64,000 nt of DNA, from the NCBI GenBank assembly GCA_000002445.1, contig AE017150.2:992001-1056000 (forward strand), written 5' to 3'. Within the stretch, counting starts at the first letter, position 1. Every line of letters starts with the position of its first letter. The stretch is from Trypanosoma brucei. Its lineage: Eukaryota. The notes below the pieces were generated by a model. The model was not told where the DNA came from. It searched no databases and was given only the letters and a program-made list of their open reading frames with translations. Of the stretch, positions 42,074-53,013 are shown one piece after another. The position numbers and the translations under genes were made by a program.

Positions 42074-45000
42074 ATGGGTGAAGCAGATGCGCCTTCTGGG
42101 GGTCAAGAATCAAACTACTTACCTGTGGCAGCCGTAGTGAACAGCGGAAGTGCATCAGGTTCAGGTGCTCACCGTGGTCCGAGACATCAACGTGAGAGAT
42201 CGGGCGGAAACGAAAACACTGAGAATGTACCTCCGCTGCCGAAGACTGGGCTAACCAATGCATCGTTCGTGAGGTTGGAGGATCCTCGTGATATTGGTGA
42301 GGCCACTTCTACCGAAATACTGTCTGAACCAGATGACGAAGAGGAACATTTGGTTACTTATCATGGCGTGAAGCTTAACGGGGACAATTGGGTTGACGTG
42401 CTGAGGGGATCGCGTGCTGTATTCGACGATGCCTTGGGTGCTGACGTATGCGATATGCTTGCGCTTCCTCGCAGTAGTGTGAGGGATGTAAAGGTGGGCG
42501 CTGATGGACAGTCGGTTATGTTTGGTGTGCGGCACCCCTTTTCACTACAAAAGGACGAAGTAAATAAGGCACTGGAGAGCTGCCGGTTTACCAGTACGTT
42601 GAAGTTGTACGATCTGCAAACTGATTCTGGTCCATTGGAAACTGACTCTCCCGTACTCAAGGCCTCTGAGAGTGCACCCCCATCGCTCCGTGACGAGGAG
42701 TCTTCACAGCATGGTGATATTAAGGGTGCCTCGTCTGTGAAAAAGATCAAACCTCGTAATCACAACATAGGTGCTTGTTCAATTACTGGCCATTCTGCTT
42801 CCGTTGAAGTGTTGTACGGTGCGATTTACGATGAAGACGCTGCCGTAACGCACCACCGCGTAAAGTTTAACGGCAACAATTGGGACTCTATTGTGCACCA
42901 CAAGGGTATGGCCATAAGGGAGGCGTTTGATACTGACGTGAGTAATGCGCTGGGTCTGCCCCGGGGCAGCGTGGAGGATGTGACATTGGCTCCTGATGGG
43001 CTTTCAATGAGTTTTAGTGTGCGACACCCAGCATCATTGCGGAGAAAAGATGTTAATAAAATTCTGGCGAAGTGCCCATTTGAGAACACATGGAGGTTAT
43101 ATGAATCAAAGAAATCTTTTAATAACTCCAGAGTTGCCTCTTTTGTGCTCAGATCGTCGGTGAACGCACCTCCATCGCTGAGGGCCGAAGAGGACGTAGG
43201 AGTGGTGCTGGGTGACTGGGACGCCAACCCACCCTTTGAATTTCTTGTCCCAGCTACTGCGTCACAGATGACGGTTGTGAGGCCCCCTAATGCAGCCAGT
43301 GGTGAATGTAACATTAACTCTATGCCCGATGATATCCTGATCAATACAGAAGGTGAAGGTTTTGGCACTGTAACACGTCATGAAGTAAAATTTGAGGGAG
43401 ACAATTGGGGTGTTGTGCATGAGAAGAAGCGTGTTGCATTTGATGAAGCATTCGACGCTGACATATGCGGTGCATTGGGCGTACCTCGGGGAAGTGTGGA
43501 GGATATGGTGTTAGCTTCTGATGGACAGTTGGTTTCGTTTGGTGTGCGGCATCCTGCCTCCTTAGGGAAAAAAGATATCAACAAAGCCCTATCGAGCTGC
43601 CCATTTGAAAACACATGGAAGTTGTATGAACCAAAGAAGTCCGCTTCTCCCTCGGAGCTCAACTCACCTGTTATGAAGGCCACTAAGGGTGAGCTTGCGC
43701 CACTGCGAGCGGGGGAAGTTGTGGGACCAACACCCTTGGAGGTAGGGGGGCCTCGTGACCTTGCTGCTGATGGTGCTACTGCAAAGACGTCCGGTCAACC
43801 CGTTGACGTAGAGACAAATGTACTAACGCGTCACCGTGTAAAGTTTCACGGAGACAATTGGGGTGTTGTGCATGAGAAGAAGCGTGTTGCATTTGATGAA
43901 GCATTCGACGCTGACATATGCGGTGCATTGGGCGTACCTCGGGGAAGTGTGGAGGATATGGTGTTAGCTTCTGATGGACAGTTGGTTTCGTTTGGTGTGC
44001 GGCATCCTGCCTCCTTAGGGAAAAAAGATATCAACAAAGCCCTATCGAGCTGCCCATTTGAAAACACATGGAAGTTGTATGAACCTAAGAAGTCCGCTTC
44101 TCCCTCGGAGCTCAACTCACCTGTTATGAAGGCCACTAAGGGTGAGCTTGCGCCACTGCGAGCGGGGGAAGTTGTGGGACCAACACCCTTGGAGGTAGGG
44201 GGGCCTCGTGACCTTGCTGCTGATGGTGCTACTGCAAAGACGTCCGGTCAACCCGTTGACGTAGAGACAAATGTACTAACGCGTCACCGTGTAAAGTTTC
44301 ACGGAGACAATTGGGGTGTTGTGCATGAGAAGAAGCGTGTTGCATTTGATGAAGCATTCGACGCTGACATATGCGGTGCATTGGGCGTACCTCGGGGAAG
44401 TGTGGAGGATATGGTGTTAGCTTCTGATGGACAGTTGGTTTCGTTTGGTGTGCGGCATCCTGCCTCCTTAGGGAAAAAAGATATCAACAAAGCCCTATCG
44501 AGCTGCCCATTTGAAAACACATGGAAGTTGTATGAACCAAAGAAGTCCGCTTCTCCCTCGGAGCTCAACTCACCTGTTATGAAGGCTACTAAGGGTGAGC
44601 TTGCGCCACTGCGAGCGGGGGAAGTTGTGGGACCAACACCCTTGGAGGTAGGGGGGCCTCGTGACCTTGCTGCTGATGGTGCTACTGCAAAGACGTCCGG
44701 TCAACCCGTTGAACGAGAGGATGGATGTGTAACTTCCCATGCTTTGAAGCTTGAGGGAGACAATTGGGGTGCTGTGTATGAAAAGAAGCGTGCTGCATTT
44801 GATGAAGCATTCGACGCTGACATATGTGATACACTGGGCGTACCTCGGGGAAGTGTGGAGGATATGGTGTTAGCTTCTGATGGACAGTTGGTTTCGTTTG
44901 GCGTGCGGCATCCTGCCTCCTTAGGGAAAAAAGATATCAACAAAGCCCTTTCGAGCTGCCCATTTGAAAACACATGGAAGTTGTATGAACCAAAGAAGTC

Positions 45001-48000
45001 CGCTTCTCCCTCGGAGCTCAACTCACCTGTTATGAAGGCCACTAAGGGTGAGCTTGCGCCACTGCGAGCGGGGGAAGTTGTGGGACCAACACCCTTGGAG
45101 GTAGGGGGGCCTCGTGACCTTGCTGCTGATGGTGCTACTGCAAAGACGTCCGGTCAACCCGTTGAACGAGAGGATGGATGTGTAACTTCCCATGCTTTGA
45201 AGCTTGAGGGAGACAATTGGGGTGCTGTGTATGAAAAGAAGCGTGCTGCATTTGATGAAGCATTCGACGCTGACATATGTGATACACTGGGCGTACCTCG
45301 GGGAAGTGTGGAGGATATGGTGTTAGCTTCTGATGGACAGTTGGTTTCGTTTGGTGTGCGGCATCCTGCCTCCTTAGGGAAAAAAGATATCAACAAAGCC
45401 CTTTCGAGCTGCCCATTTGAAAACACATGGAAGTTGTATGAACCTAAGAAGTCCGCTTCTCCCTCCAGGTTTGACTCTCTTGTTCTGATGACCACTAAGG
45501 GTGAGCTTGCGCCACTGCGAGCAGAGGAAGAGGCTGCCGGACCACTGCCCGATGCTTCCGATGCTTTTCCTTCAGCGACAGCCGCGGTATCTAATTTGTT
45601 GCCTGCAAAGGCAATAAGATCACGTTATTTTTCAAGTGGTGAGTGTAACATCACCACTAGTGGTGCTACCCCTATAGCCCTATATGGAGCGTTGTGTGAC
45701 AGTGACACTGTTGTCACACGGCACCGTGTGAGGTTTAATGGGGAAAACTGGGATTTGGTTTTACAACGCAGACGTGCAGAACTGGACGACGCGTTGGATG
45801 CTGATGTGAGCGAAGCGTTGGACCTGCCTCGAGGAAGCGTTAGTGATATTGAGTATGTACCCGACGGCCTTACTGCGTCGTTTGGTGTGCGGCATCCCGC
45901 GGCGTTCCGTAGGCGGGACATCGCGCGTTTACTTTCGAAGGGTCAGTTTGCGAATTTGTGGAAGATGTACCCACGCAGCAGAAATATTGATACTTTAGGG
46001 CCTTCGTTGTCCTCGTTGAAGGCATCGGAAAAAGCCCCGCCGAACATAGTAGGGGGGGAAGTCGTACCACCGGTCCCCAATTTTTGTCAGAGCCGTGCTA
46101 AGGTTGACGCGGCAGGACTTCCTACTCGCGCATCTGATACGGTTACTCCATCGGACTACACCAATGGTCAACAGTCAGTTATGAAAACGGAGAAGCGCGG
46201 CAGTGTTGTTGATGGAGGTGATACCATTATTACTTGCCACCGCGTAAAGCTGAGTGGAGCCAACTGGGTCGAGGTAGTTGAGACGAAACGGGCTGCATTC
46301 GACGAAGCATTCGATACCGATGTGTGTGAGGCATTGGGCTTCCCCTTGGGTTGTGTGGAGGATGTGCTGTTAGGTCCCGATGGTCATTCGGTTACGTTTG
46401 CGGTGCGCCACTCAGCCTCTTTGCAAAAGAGTGACGTCAAAAAGGTTCTTCGTCTTTGCCCATTTGCTAACACATTGCAGTTATACCATTCACGGAGAAC
46501 TCTCCCTTCTTCTGAGGTTGCATCCACCGTGCTTCGAGCAACTGAAAAGGAAAAACCTGCGCCGACACCGCGAAGCCACGGTTCAGCCAAACCTTCGACC
46601 GTAAAGGTGGCGGCGTCTTGTGACCTCGAGGGAAGGGGTGCTGACGGTGATCCAGCCTTCGTTGAAGTATTTAATGGACTGATCAGCGACGAAGATACCT
46701 TGGTAACACGCCATGGCGTACTGCTCAACGGAGAAAATTGGCTTAAATTACATGAAAGCAAATCTGCAGCGTTTAATGACGCATTCGATGCTGATGTGTG
46801 CGAGGCGCTGGGTCTTCCATGCGGCAATGTTGAAGGTATAAAGTTGAATCCCGACGGCCACCTAGTTACCTTCGGCGTTCGTCATCCTATTTCACAGCGG
46901 AGGGAGGATATCAACAGAGCTCTTGGAAAATGCAGATATCAGAATCTGATGAAATTGTACAACTCCCGTTCTGCTGTTTATTCCTGTGTCGCCACATCCC
47001 CCATGCTTAGAGCAACAGAGACGGCGCGCGCGGCGTTAGCGACCCAAGAGTCGATCTCACAACCTGCGGTCTCCGAGGTAGCCAATACAACATCGGTAGG
47101 GGTGGCGAAGTCGCGCAACCTTCTGGACGGAAGCGCGGCTGCGAGTAACTCTGCTTCTGTAGCCGGATTGCATGCTTTCCTTTCAGATCAGCCGGTTGTA
47201 ACCCAGCACGGTATAAAATTCAGCGGGGCCAACTGGGCTGATGTGATTGAAGGCCGTGCAATGTTTGACGACGCGCTTGATGCTGATGTGTGTGAGGCGG
47301 TGGGTCTTCCTCGAGGGAGCGTTGAAGACATACTACTAAGCTCTGATGGACGCTCCGTCGCCTTTGGTGTACGCCATCCTGCTTCCATAAGCAAAGGGGA
47401 TATCAATCAAGCACTTGATAACTGCAGATTTGTCAACACTTTGAGGTTGTATAATATGCGTTCTGCTGTTTATTCCTGTGTCGCCAAATCCCCCATGCTT
47501 AGAGCAACAGAGACGGCGCGCGCGGCGTTAGCGACCCAAGAGTCGATCTCACAACCTGCGGTCTCCGAGGTAGCCAATACAACATCGGTAGGGGTGGCGA
47601 AGTCGCGCAACCTTCTGGACGGAAGCGCGGCTGCGAGTAACTCTGCTTCTGTAGCCGGATTGCATGCTTTCCTTTCAGATCAGCCGGTTGTAACCCAGCA
47701 CGGTATAAAATTCAGCGGGGCCAACTGGGCTGATGTGATTGAAGGCCGTGCAATGTTTGACGACGCGCTTGATGCTGATGTGTGTGAGGCGGTGGGTCTT
47801 CCTCGAGGGAGCGTTGAAGACATACTACTAAGCTCTGATGGACGCTCCGTCGCCTTTGGTGTACGCCATCCTGCTTCCATAAGCAAAGGGGATATCAATC
47901 AAGCACTTGATAACTGCAGATTTGTCAACACTTTGAGGTTGTACGTCTCGCGATGCCCTCCCGTTGTTTATGAAGCCAGTCGACCACCACTAAAGGCTGC

Positions 48001-51000
48001 TGAGGCTGAGCAATTGTCACTAAAGGCTGCTGAAACGAAGCGACCACCACTAAAGGCTGCTGAGGCTGAGCAATCGTCACTAAAGGCTGCTGAAACGAAG
48101 CGACCACCACTAAAGGCTACTGAGGCTGAGCAATCGTCACTAAAGGCTGCTGAAACGAAGCGACCACCACTAAAGGCTGCTGAGGCTGAGCAATCGTCAC
48201 TAAAGGCTGCTGAAACGAAGCGACCACCACTAAAGGCTGCTGAGGTTGGGCGACCACCACTAAAAGCTACTGAGGCTGAGCAATCGTCACTAAAGGCTGC
48301 TGAAACGAAGCGACCACCACTAAAGGCTGCTGAGGTTGGGCGACCACCACTAAAAGCTACTGAGGCTGAGCAATCGTCACTAAAGGCTGCTGAAACGAAG
48401 CGACCACCACTAAAAGCTACTGAGGCTGAGCAATCGCCACTAAAGGTTACTGAAGCTAGGCGTGCACCACCAGCAAGAGCCACTGAGGTTGAGCGACCAC
48501 CTCTAAAAGTGGTGGAGATTAGCTCGCCAACGAGTTTCGTGGCGGGACCGAGGTCCGTGGGGCTCGTTAACCCCCCAAGTCTTGTGGATACAGGCATTAT
48601 TGGAAGTAGCTCTGCTTCATTTGACATACTGTATGGCTCCCTGAAAGACGAAGGGGCTGTGGTAACCGAATACCGTGCCAAGTTGAACGGGAGTCACTGG
48701 CGTGTTTTGCTGCAACACAGGTTCCTGGAGTTCGAGGAGGCCTTTTACGGTGATGTGTGTGATGCGCTGAGTCTTACGAAGGGGAGCGTGGACAACATGG
48801 AACTAGACTCTGATATGCAGGCATTTTCTTTTGGTGTGCGACATCGCAGGTCACTTGAACCGAGTGCTGTGTTACGTCAGTTGGGAGAATATCATTTTTC
48901 TAAAACTCGGGAATTTTGTGACTCACAAAAACGGTTTGGTGTCGTTGTTGATGATCATGACCAGCTCCTCACCCTAGAAATTGCTTCGAAACAGGAACTA
49001 CCGGAGGCTGATGATGGTTGCGACGAAGACTTGCGGCACTTGCAGACTTCAGGACGTAGTGATCTGCCTTCTTCGCCTTCGTCCCCACTGTGCATCAAGA
49101 AGACAAATACACGAACAATGCACTTTGGCAATACCGGTGCCGGCGCTGTACGTTTACCGAAGACCAGGAAATACGAGGCCGCTCCCGCGAACGCCACTGT
49201 GACGCAACACCGAGTTCAATTTGTCGCCGAGAACTGCGGTCATGTTGCCGATGAGACGCGGGAGAAGGTCCCCCAAGCACTGAATCTTGACGTCTGCGAC
49301 GCACTGGGCATTTCTTGGAAGTGCGTGGAGGAGGTAACGCTCAGCCCTGATGGAAGACTTGTGACATTTGGTGTGCGTCATTCGCCGAAAATGAGCCGTG
49401 CCGATGTGAGGAGCGCGCTCATAGCACACGATTTCCCATACACATGGAAAGTTTATGAACCGGATACGCTAGTTGAGTTCGAAAGCGGAGTTGAACGTAC
49501 TACCGCGGAACAAAAGTCACAAGCAACCCCGAAAGCAACGAGTACATCATCCATATATTTCTCTCCTTCTTCCGTCCCACCGTTCGTGAGAGTTGCTGAG
49601 CCTCAAAATTTTGTTAAGGACAGCTTTACTATAAGTAACACTGCCTCTTTGGAGGTGCTTCACACTGCAATCGGCGATGGCACTGTCGTAACAAAGCACC
49701 GTGTCAAATTCAATGGGGACAATTGGGGTGCTGTGCTTGAGAAGAAGCGTGCTGCATTTGATGAGGCGTTTGATGCCGACGTGTGTGATGCGTTAGACCT
49801 TCCTCGGGGAAGTGTGGAGGGGATAACGTTGGGCTCAGATGGCCTCTCAATTGACTTCGGTGTGAGACACCCCGCTTCGTTGCACAAGGATGAGGTGGAT
49901 CATTTTCTGTCGACCTCTGAGTTTCCTGCGATGTGGAACCTTTATGAGCCGAAGAAGAAGGTCTTGTCATCGATTGTCATGGGGGACACCGAAGAGCGTG
50001 AGACAACCTCTTTTAGTACTTCGCTGCCCCAACGCGCCTCTCCCGTCAGCGCCAAGGAGTTCCCATCTTGTTTGCACCCCGCTCCCGGGGTTGCGTCCAG
50101 CTCCGTTCCAATGGACCGCGCTGATGGTGCATCGGGTTCGGGTAATGTGTGCCACTTATACCGTGTTGGATTTGTGGGGGGTTTCTGGAGCGGCATCGTT
50201 GACAAGCGCTTTACTGCAGCAGTGGACTGCTTTATGCGTGATGCGGCTGTCGGAGAGGGTCTAGTCCCACGTAGTGTGGAGAGGGTTGTGTCGCTCGACT
50301 CTGGTAATGTTGTGTTTTCCGTCTGGATGGAGCATGCGGCTGCTCTGTCGCAGAGTGAAGTGTGCACAGCGATGGACAACGCCCCCTTTCCATCCATGTG
50401 GAAGCTATATGACGACTTGATCAATGAAGGTGTTGTCGGGCGGACCACGACGTTGCATCGCGTGGGTTTGGTGGGGTCTGAGTGGGCGCATGTGGCAAAC
50501 GTTGATCTGGTCAAAGAGGTATTTATCCAGGATGTTGCAGAGGCACTTCGCCTCAGTCCTGAGGATATAAATGTTAACGAGTACACAGTTAACGATAAGC
50601 TCGTCATCGGGTTCTACGTGAGCCATTCCCACACCTTAACAGAAGTAGATATCGACGATATGTTGGCTAATGCTCCACTCTCGCGTGTGTGGGGATTATG
50701 CCCGGTCCCTGGAACAAATTCCTGGAAAGCTGCACACTGCAAGGGTTCGGCAAGAAGCAACTCCGGTTCCTTTCCACATACCGAGCCCCTTCGTGGTGGC
50801 CGGTTTCGCGACCTTTCTCCAATACCCTTGTCGGGTGGGATTCCCGCTGAAACTCCGCACGACCGACGCTCAAATTCTCAATATCGGCGGTCGTTGGGAC
50901 CTCTTCAAGGCGTTGTATCCCCGCCGATGCGAAGGTATGATGGCCATAACCAGCACTCCGGCCGGTTCTATCAGGCAAATAAGCGGTCGCCGGGTCAATT

Positions 51001-51301
51001 CTCCCCCCCTAACCAACCAGTGGTGAATACGAAGGGAGTACATGCCATGAGAATGTCTCCACAAAGCGGCAGGTTTAAGGCAGGGAGCGCACGGGGCGGA
51101 GGGTCGCTGATTGCCGGATCTGACCCCGTTCGCGCATCGCTTCCCCGAGTGGATCTTTTGAAGGTGGGTGAGTTGCTTGCGCTGATGCGCCGGCGACAGT
51201 TGGAAGAGGGGTCCACTCGCCTTCCACCTTTGACTGGGAGGGCACAACCCTACCCCAGTTGTGCCCCCAGTACCGTAAAGCGATATGTGGGATCAAAGTG
51301 A
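42074..51301 (+). CDS. FLAM8: Giant repetitive protein (3075 aa) built from ~17 copies of a ~80-aa domain (HRVKFNGDNW...FDEAFDADVC.ALGLPRGSVED..L..DG..V.FGVRHPAS....DIN.AL..C.F.NT..LY) plus a 20-aa repeat block; FLAM8-like by size and context (from memory)
   Basis: ORF 41981..51301 starts at TTG; the first ATG is at 42074, giving 3075 codons. The domain recurs from about aa 120 to 2900. The flagellar-member-8 assignment rests on recalled size and synteny only, with no diagnostic catalytic motif. Confidence 0.5.
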   Translation: MGEADAPSGGQESNYLPVAAVVNSGSASGSGAHRGPRHQRERSGGNENTENVPPLPKTGLTNASFVRLEDPRDIGEATSTEILSEPDDEEEHLVTYHGVKLNGDNWVDVLRGSRAVFDDALGADVCDMLALPRSSVRDVKVGADGQSVMFGVRHPFSLQKDEVNKALESCRFTSTLKLYDLQTDSGPLETDSPVLKASESAPPSLRDEESSQHGDIKGASSVKKIKPRNHNIGACSITGHSASVEVLYGAIYDEDAAVTHHRVKFNGNNWDSIVHHKGMAIREAFDTDVSNALGLPRGSVEDVTLAPDGLSMSFSVRHPASLRRKDVNKILAKCPFENTWRLYESKKSFNNSRVASFVLRSSVNAPPSLRAEEDVGVVLGDWDANPPFEFLVPATASQMTVVRPPNAASGECNINSMPDDILINTEGEGFGTVTRHEVKFEGDNWGVVHEKKRVAFDEAFDADICGALGVPRGSVEDMVLASDGQLVSFGVRHPASLGKKDINKALSSCPFENTWKLYEPKKSASPSELNSPVMKATKGELAPLRAGEVVGPTPLEVGGPRDLAADGATAKTSGQPVDVETNVLTRHRVKFHGDNWGVVHEKKRVAFDEAFDADICGALGVPRGSVEDMVLASDGQLVSFGVRHPASLGKKDINKALSSCPFENTWKLYEPKKSASPSELNSPVMKATKGELAPLRAGEVVGPTPLEVGGPRDLAADGATAKTSGQPVDVETNVLTRHRVKFHGDNWGVVHEKKRVAFDEAFDADICGALGVPRGSVEDMVLASDGQLVSFGVRHPASLGKKDINKALSSCPFENTWKLYEPKKSASPSELNSPVMKATKGELAPLRAGEVVGPTPLEVGGPRDLAADGATAKTSGQPVEREDGCVTSHALKLEGDNWGAVYEKKRAAFDEAFDADICDTLGVPRGSVEDMVLASDGQLVSFGVRHPASLGKKDINKALSSCPFENTWKLYEPKKSASPSELNSPVMKATKGELAPLRAGEVVGPTPLEVGGPRDLAADGATAKTSGQPVEREDGCVTSHALKLEGDNWGAVYEKKRAAFDEAFDADICDTLGVPRGSVEDMVLASDGQLVSFGVRHPASLGKKDINKALSSCPFENTWKLYEPKKSASPSRFDSLVLMTTKGELAPLRAEEEAAGPLPDASDAFPSATAAVSNLLPAKAIRSRYFSSGECNITTSGATPIALYGALCDSDTVVTRHRVRFNGENWDLVLQRRRAELDDALDADVSEALDLPRGSVSDIEYVPDGLTASFGVRHPAAFRRRDIARLLSKGQFANLWKMYPRSRNIDTLGPSLSSLKASEKAPPNIVGGEVVPPVPNFCQSRAKVDAAGLPTRASDTVTPSDYTNGQQSVMKTEKRGSVVDGGDTIITCHRVKLSGANWVEVVETKRAAFDEAFDTDVCEALGFPLGCVEDVLLGPDGHSVTFAVRHSASLQKSDVKKVLRLCPFANTLQLYHSRRTLPSSEVASTVLRATEKEKPAPTPRSHGSAKPSTVKVAASCDLEGRGADGDPAFVEVFNGLISDEDTLVTRHGVLLNGENWLKLHESKSAAFNDAFDADVCEALGLPCGNVEGIKLNPDGHLVTFGVRHPISQRREDINRALGKCRYQNLMKLYNSRSAVYSCVATSPMLRATETARAALATQESISQPAVSEVANTTSVGVAKSRNLLDGSAAASNSASVAGLHAFLSDQPVVTQHGIKFSGANWADVIEGRAMFDDALDADVCEAVGLPRGSVEDILLSSDGRSVAFGVRHPASISKGDINQALDNCRFVNTLRLYNMRSAVYSCVAKSPMLRATETARAALATQESISQPAVSEVANTTSVGVAKSRNLLDGSAAASNSASVAGLHAFLSDQPVVTQHGIKFSGANWADVIEGRAMFDDALDADVCEAVGLPRGSVEDILLSSDGRSVAFGVRHPASISKGDINQALDNCRFVNTLRLYVSRCPPVVYEASRPPLKAAEAEQLSLKAAETKRPPLKAAEAEQSSLKAAETKRPPLKATEAEQSSLKAAETKRPPLKAAEAEQSSLKAAETKRPPLKAAEVGRPPLKATEAEQSSLKAAETKRPPLKAAEVGRPPLKATEAEQSSLKAAETKRPPLKATEAEQSPLKVTEARRAPPARATEVERPPLKVVEISSPTSFVAGPRSVGLVNPPSLVDTGIIGSSSASFDILYGSLKDEGAVVTEYRAKLNGSHWRVLLQHRFLEFEEAFYGDVCDALSLTKGSVDNMELDSDMQAFSFGVRHRRSLEPSAVLRQLGEYHFSKTREFCDSQKRFGVVVDDHDQLLTLEIASKQELPEADDGCDEDLRHLQTSGRSDLPSSPSSPLCIKKTNTRTMHFGNTGAGAVRLPKTRKYEAAPANATVTQHRVQFVAENCGHVADETREKVPQALNLDVCDALGISWKCVEEVTLSPDGRLVTFGVRHSPKMSRADVRSALIAHDFPYTWKVYEPDTLVEFESGVERTTAEQKSQATPKATSTSSIYFSPSSVPPFVRVAEPQNFVKDSFTISNTASLEVLHTAIGDGTVVTKHRVKFNGDNWGAVLEKKRAAFDEAFDADVCDALDLPRGSVEGITLGSDGLSIDFGVRHPASLHKDEVDHFLSTSEFPAMWNLYEPKKKVLSSIVMGDTEERETTSFSTSLPQRASPVSAKEFPSCLHPAPGVASSSVPMDRADGASGSGNVCHLYRVGFVGGFWSGIVDKRFTAAVDCFMRDAAVGEGLVPRSVERVVSLDSGNVVFSVWMEHAAALSQSEVCTAMDNAPFPSMWKLYDDLINEGVVGRTTTLHRVGLVGSEWAHVANVDLVKEVFIQDVAEALRLSPEDINVNEYTVNDKLVIGFYVSHSHTLTEVDIDDMLANAPLSRVWGLCPVPGTNSWKAAHCKGSARSNSGSFPHTEPLRGGRFRDLSPIPLSGGIPAETPHDRRSNSQYRRSLGPLQGVVSPPMRRYDGHNQHSGRFYQANKRSPGQFSPPNQPVVNTKGVHAMRMSPQSGRFKAGSARGGGSLIAGSDPVRASLPRVDLLKVGELLALMRRRQLEEGSTRLPPLTGRAQPYPSCAPSTVKRYVGSK
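43350..45610 (+). repeat. Five near-identical tandem 453-bp (151-aa) units inside the giant gene
   Basis: The anchor acaattgggg recurs at 43401, 43854, 44307, 44760 and 45213, exactly 453 bp apart. Antisense ORFs 43378..43683-, 43846..44136-, 44299..44568-, 44701..45042- and 45154..45495- have identical or near-identical translations. Confidence 0.9.
46960..47943 (+). repeat. Two near-identical tandem 492-bp (164-aa) units inside the giant gene
   Basis: ctgctgttta occurs at 46971 and 47463. Antisense ORFs 47188..47406- and 47680..47898- have identical translations. Confidence 0.9.
47975..48480 (+). repeat. ~8 x 60-nt (20-aa) tandem repeats RPPLKAAEAEQSSLKAAETK with 30-nt subrepeat variants
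   Basis: ccaccactaaaggctgctgaggctgagcaatcgtcactaaaggctgctgaaacgaagcga recurs directly. Confidence 0.9.
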
Positions 51302-52978
51302 TGGTACCAAGGAGGAAGGGGGGGAAAAAAGTAGAATCGTGTAGTTTCTGTACAAACACGCGTGGTGCACGCTAATGTATATACTGTTCCCTTTCTTCAC
51401 CTGAAGCGGTTACTCTTTCTTCCTTTCTTTTTTCCTTTTCTCATGGCAAGGTGTTTTTGCCGCCGAATATATATATATATATGTTTCCCGTGTCCCCGCC
51501 TCTGATATTTCTACCCCAACAATGCTTTGTACTCTCCTTCGGTCACTAATGCGTTTTATCGCACGCCTACTGATTTTCTGTTCTTGTCCTCCATTTTTTT
51601 TCCCCCACTCTGTCGTTTGGCGTTTATTTCTTTTTTTTTTTTTCGTTGGTTTGTTTGCGTGCTTCTTTCTTTATCCGAAAGAGTAAAATGAAGACTCGGG
51701 GGAGCGGCGGTTGCGAAACAGAAACAAGCAAGAAAGTGTGTGAGGGAAACTTATTGCCATTGGGGAAAAAGGGGGATGGCGGGAAACAATGGGTAGAGGG
51801 GTGGTAAGTTTGTGTGTTTTGTAATTACGTGCGTGTGGAGGGAACCCCATTGCTTACAAATGGGTGGATAGGTGTGTGAGTGCTGTAAACGCCTTTTTTT
51901 TTCCTTGTCTCATTACCCCTTTCCACTTTATATATGTATATGTGTTTATATTTATATCTCTGTGTACATGCGCATGTGCATATACATACGTATAAATATA
52001 AATAAATAAATAAATATATATATATATATATATATATATCTAACTTTTTTAGTTTTAATTTGTAAACGTGGGCATATGTTTTGCTCGGTGTGCTGAACGG
52101 CGTGTGTATGTGCGTATGCGTATGTGTGTATGCATGAACGACACTCGTGTAAAGAAAGCGGTGGTTATATAAAAATGGCATGTGTTTCAAATTAGACAAA
52201 AGGGATGAAGAGAAGAGAAAAGAGGAGAGGGAAAAGGAAGAGGAAGAGAGGTTGGGGGGCAGGGGAAGACTTGTGGGAGCAGTTGTCAACGAGATGACTT
52301 ATGAAATAAATTCAACAATATGGATTGAGAGTCAGGGAAATAGGCGCTCAGGAGATCTTTAACACCAAAGAAAGAGGAGGTACAACACATGTGCGTGTGT
52401 ATGAAGGAAGAAAACAATTGGTTCCAAAAGGTACATATAAATATATAAACGAAAAATATATTTGTATACATATATAGACGTGTGTATACGAAAGGGAAAT
52501 GTCAGATCCTCCAGTGGCATGGGTGTACATATGAACATATTTTTACGGTTCTAAACATGTTGTATTGTCTTCCTTTTCGTCTGTTTCCACCGTGCCTTCA
52601 CGATATCAGATGAAATAAATAAGTCGATACACACATATGCATTTGTGTGTTTATATATATATATATATATATATATACGTATATATATGCATATATTTGT
52701 ATGTATTTTTTGTTTTTCACTCCTTTTTTTAATATCCCCACTTCATCTGAAGTATCAATGTACTCCCTCTCCCTCCCCTTACCTCCAAAGCGTGTACCGC
52801 CTTAGACTCGTTTTTTAATATGAAAAATAATATATTAGTAAATAAATATATATATATACTTGAAATAAGCGGGGCGACGCGTATGTAAAAATAAATGACA
52901 GAATAAAGGGAAGGTAATGTGTAGAGACCGATATGGGGGAAGTCAAAGGAAGAAAGTGTAGATATGAAAATGTGTATG

Positions 52979-53013
<35 letters not shown>

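Noticed and set aside
43378-45495. Family of near-identical 89-113 aa minus-strand ORFs (43378..43683, 43846..44136, 44299..44568, 44701..45042, 45154..45495) and 47188..47406/47680..47898
   Set aside because: They are antisense reading frames of the 453-bp and 492-bp tandem units inside the giant + strand gene. Their recurrence reflects the DNA repeat, not a gene family.
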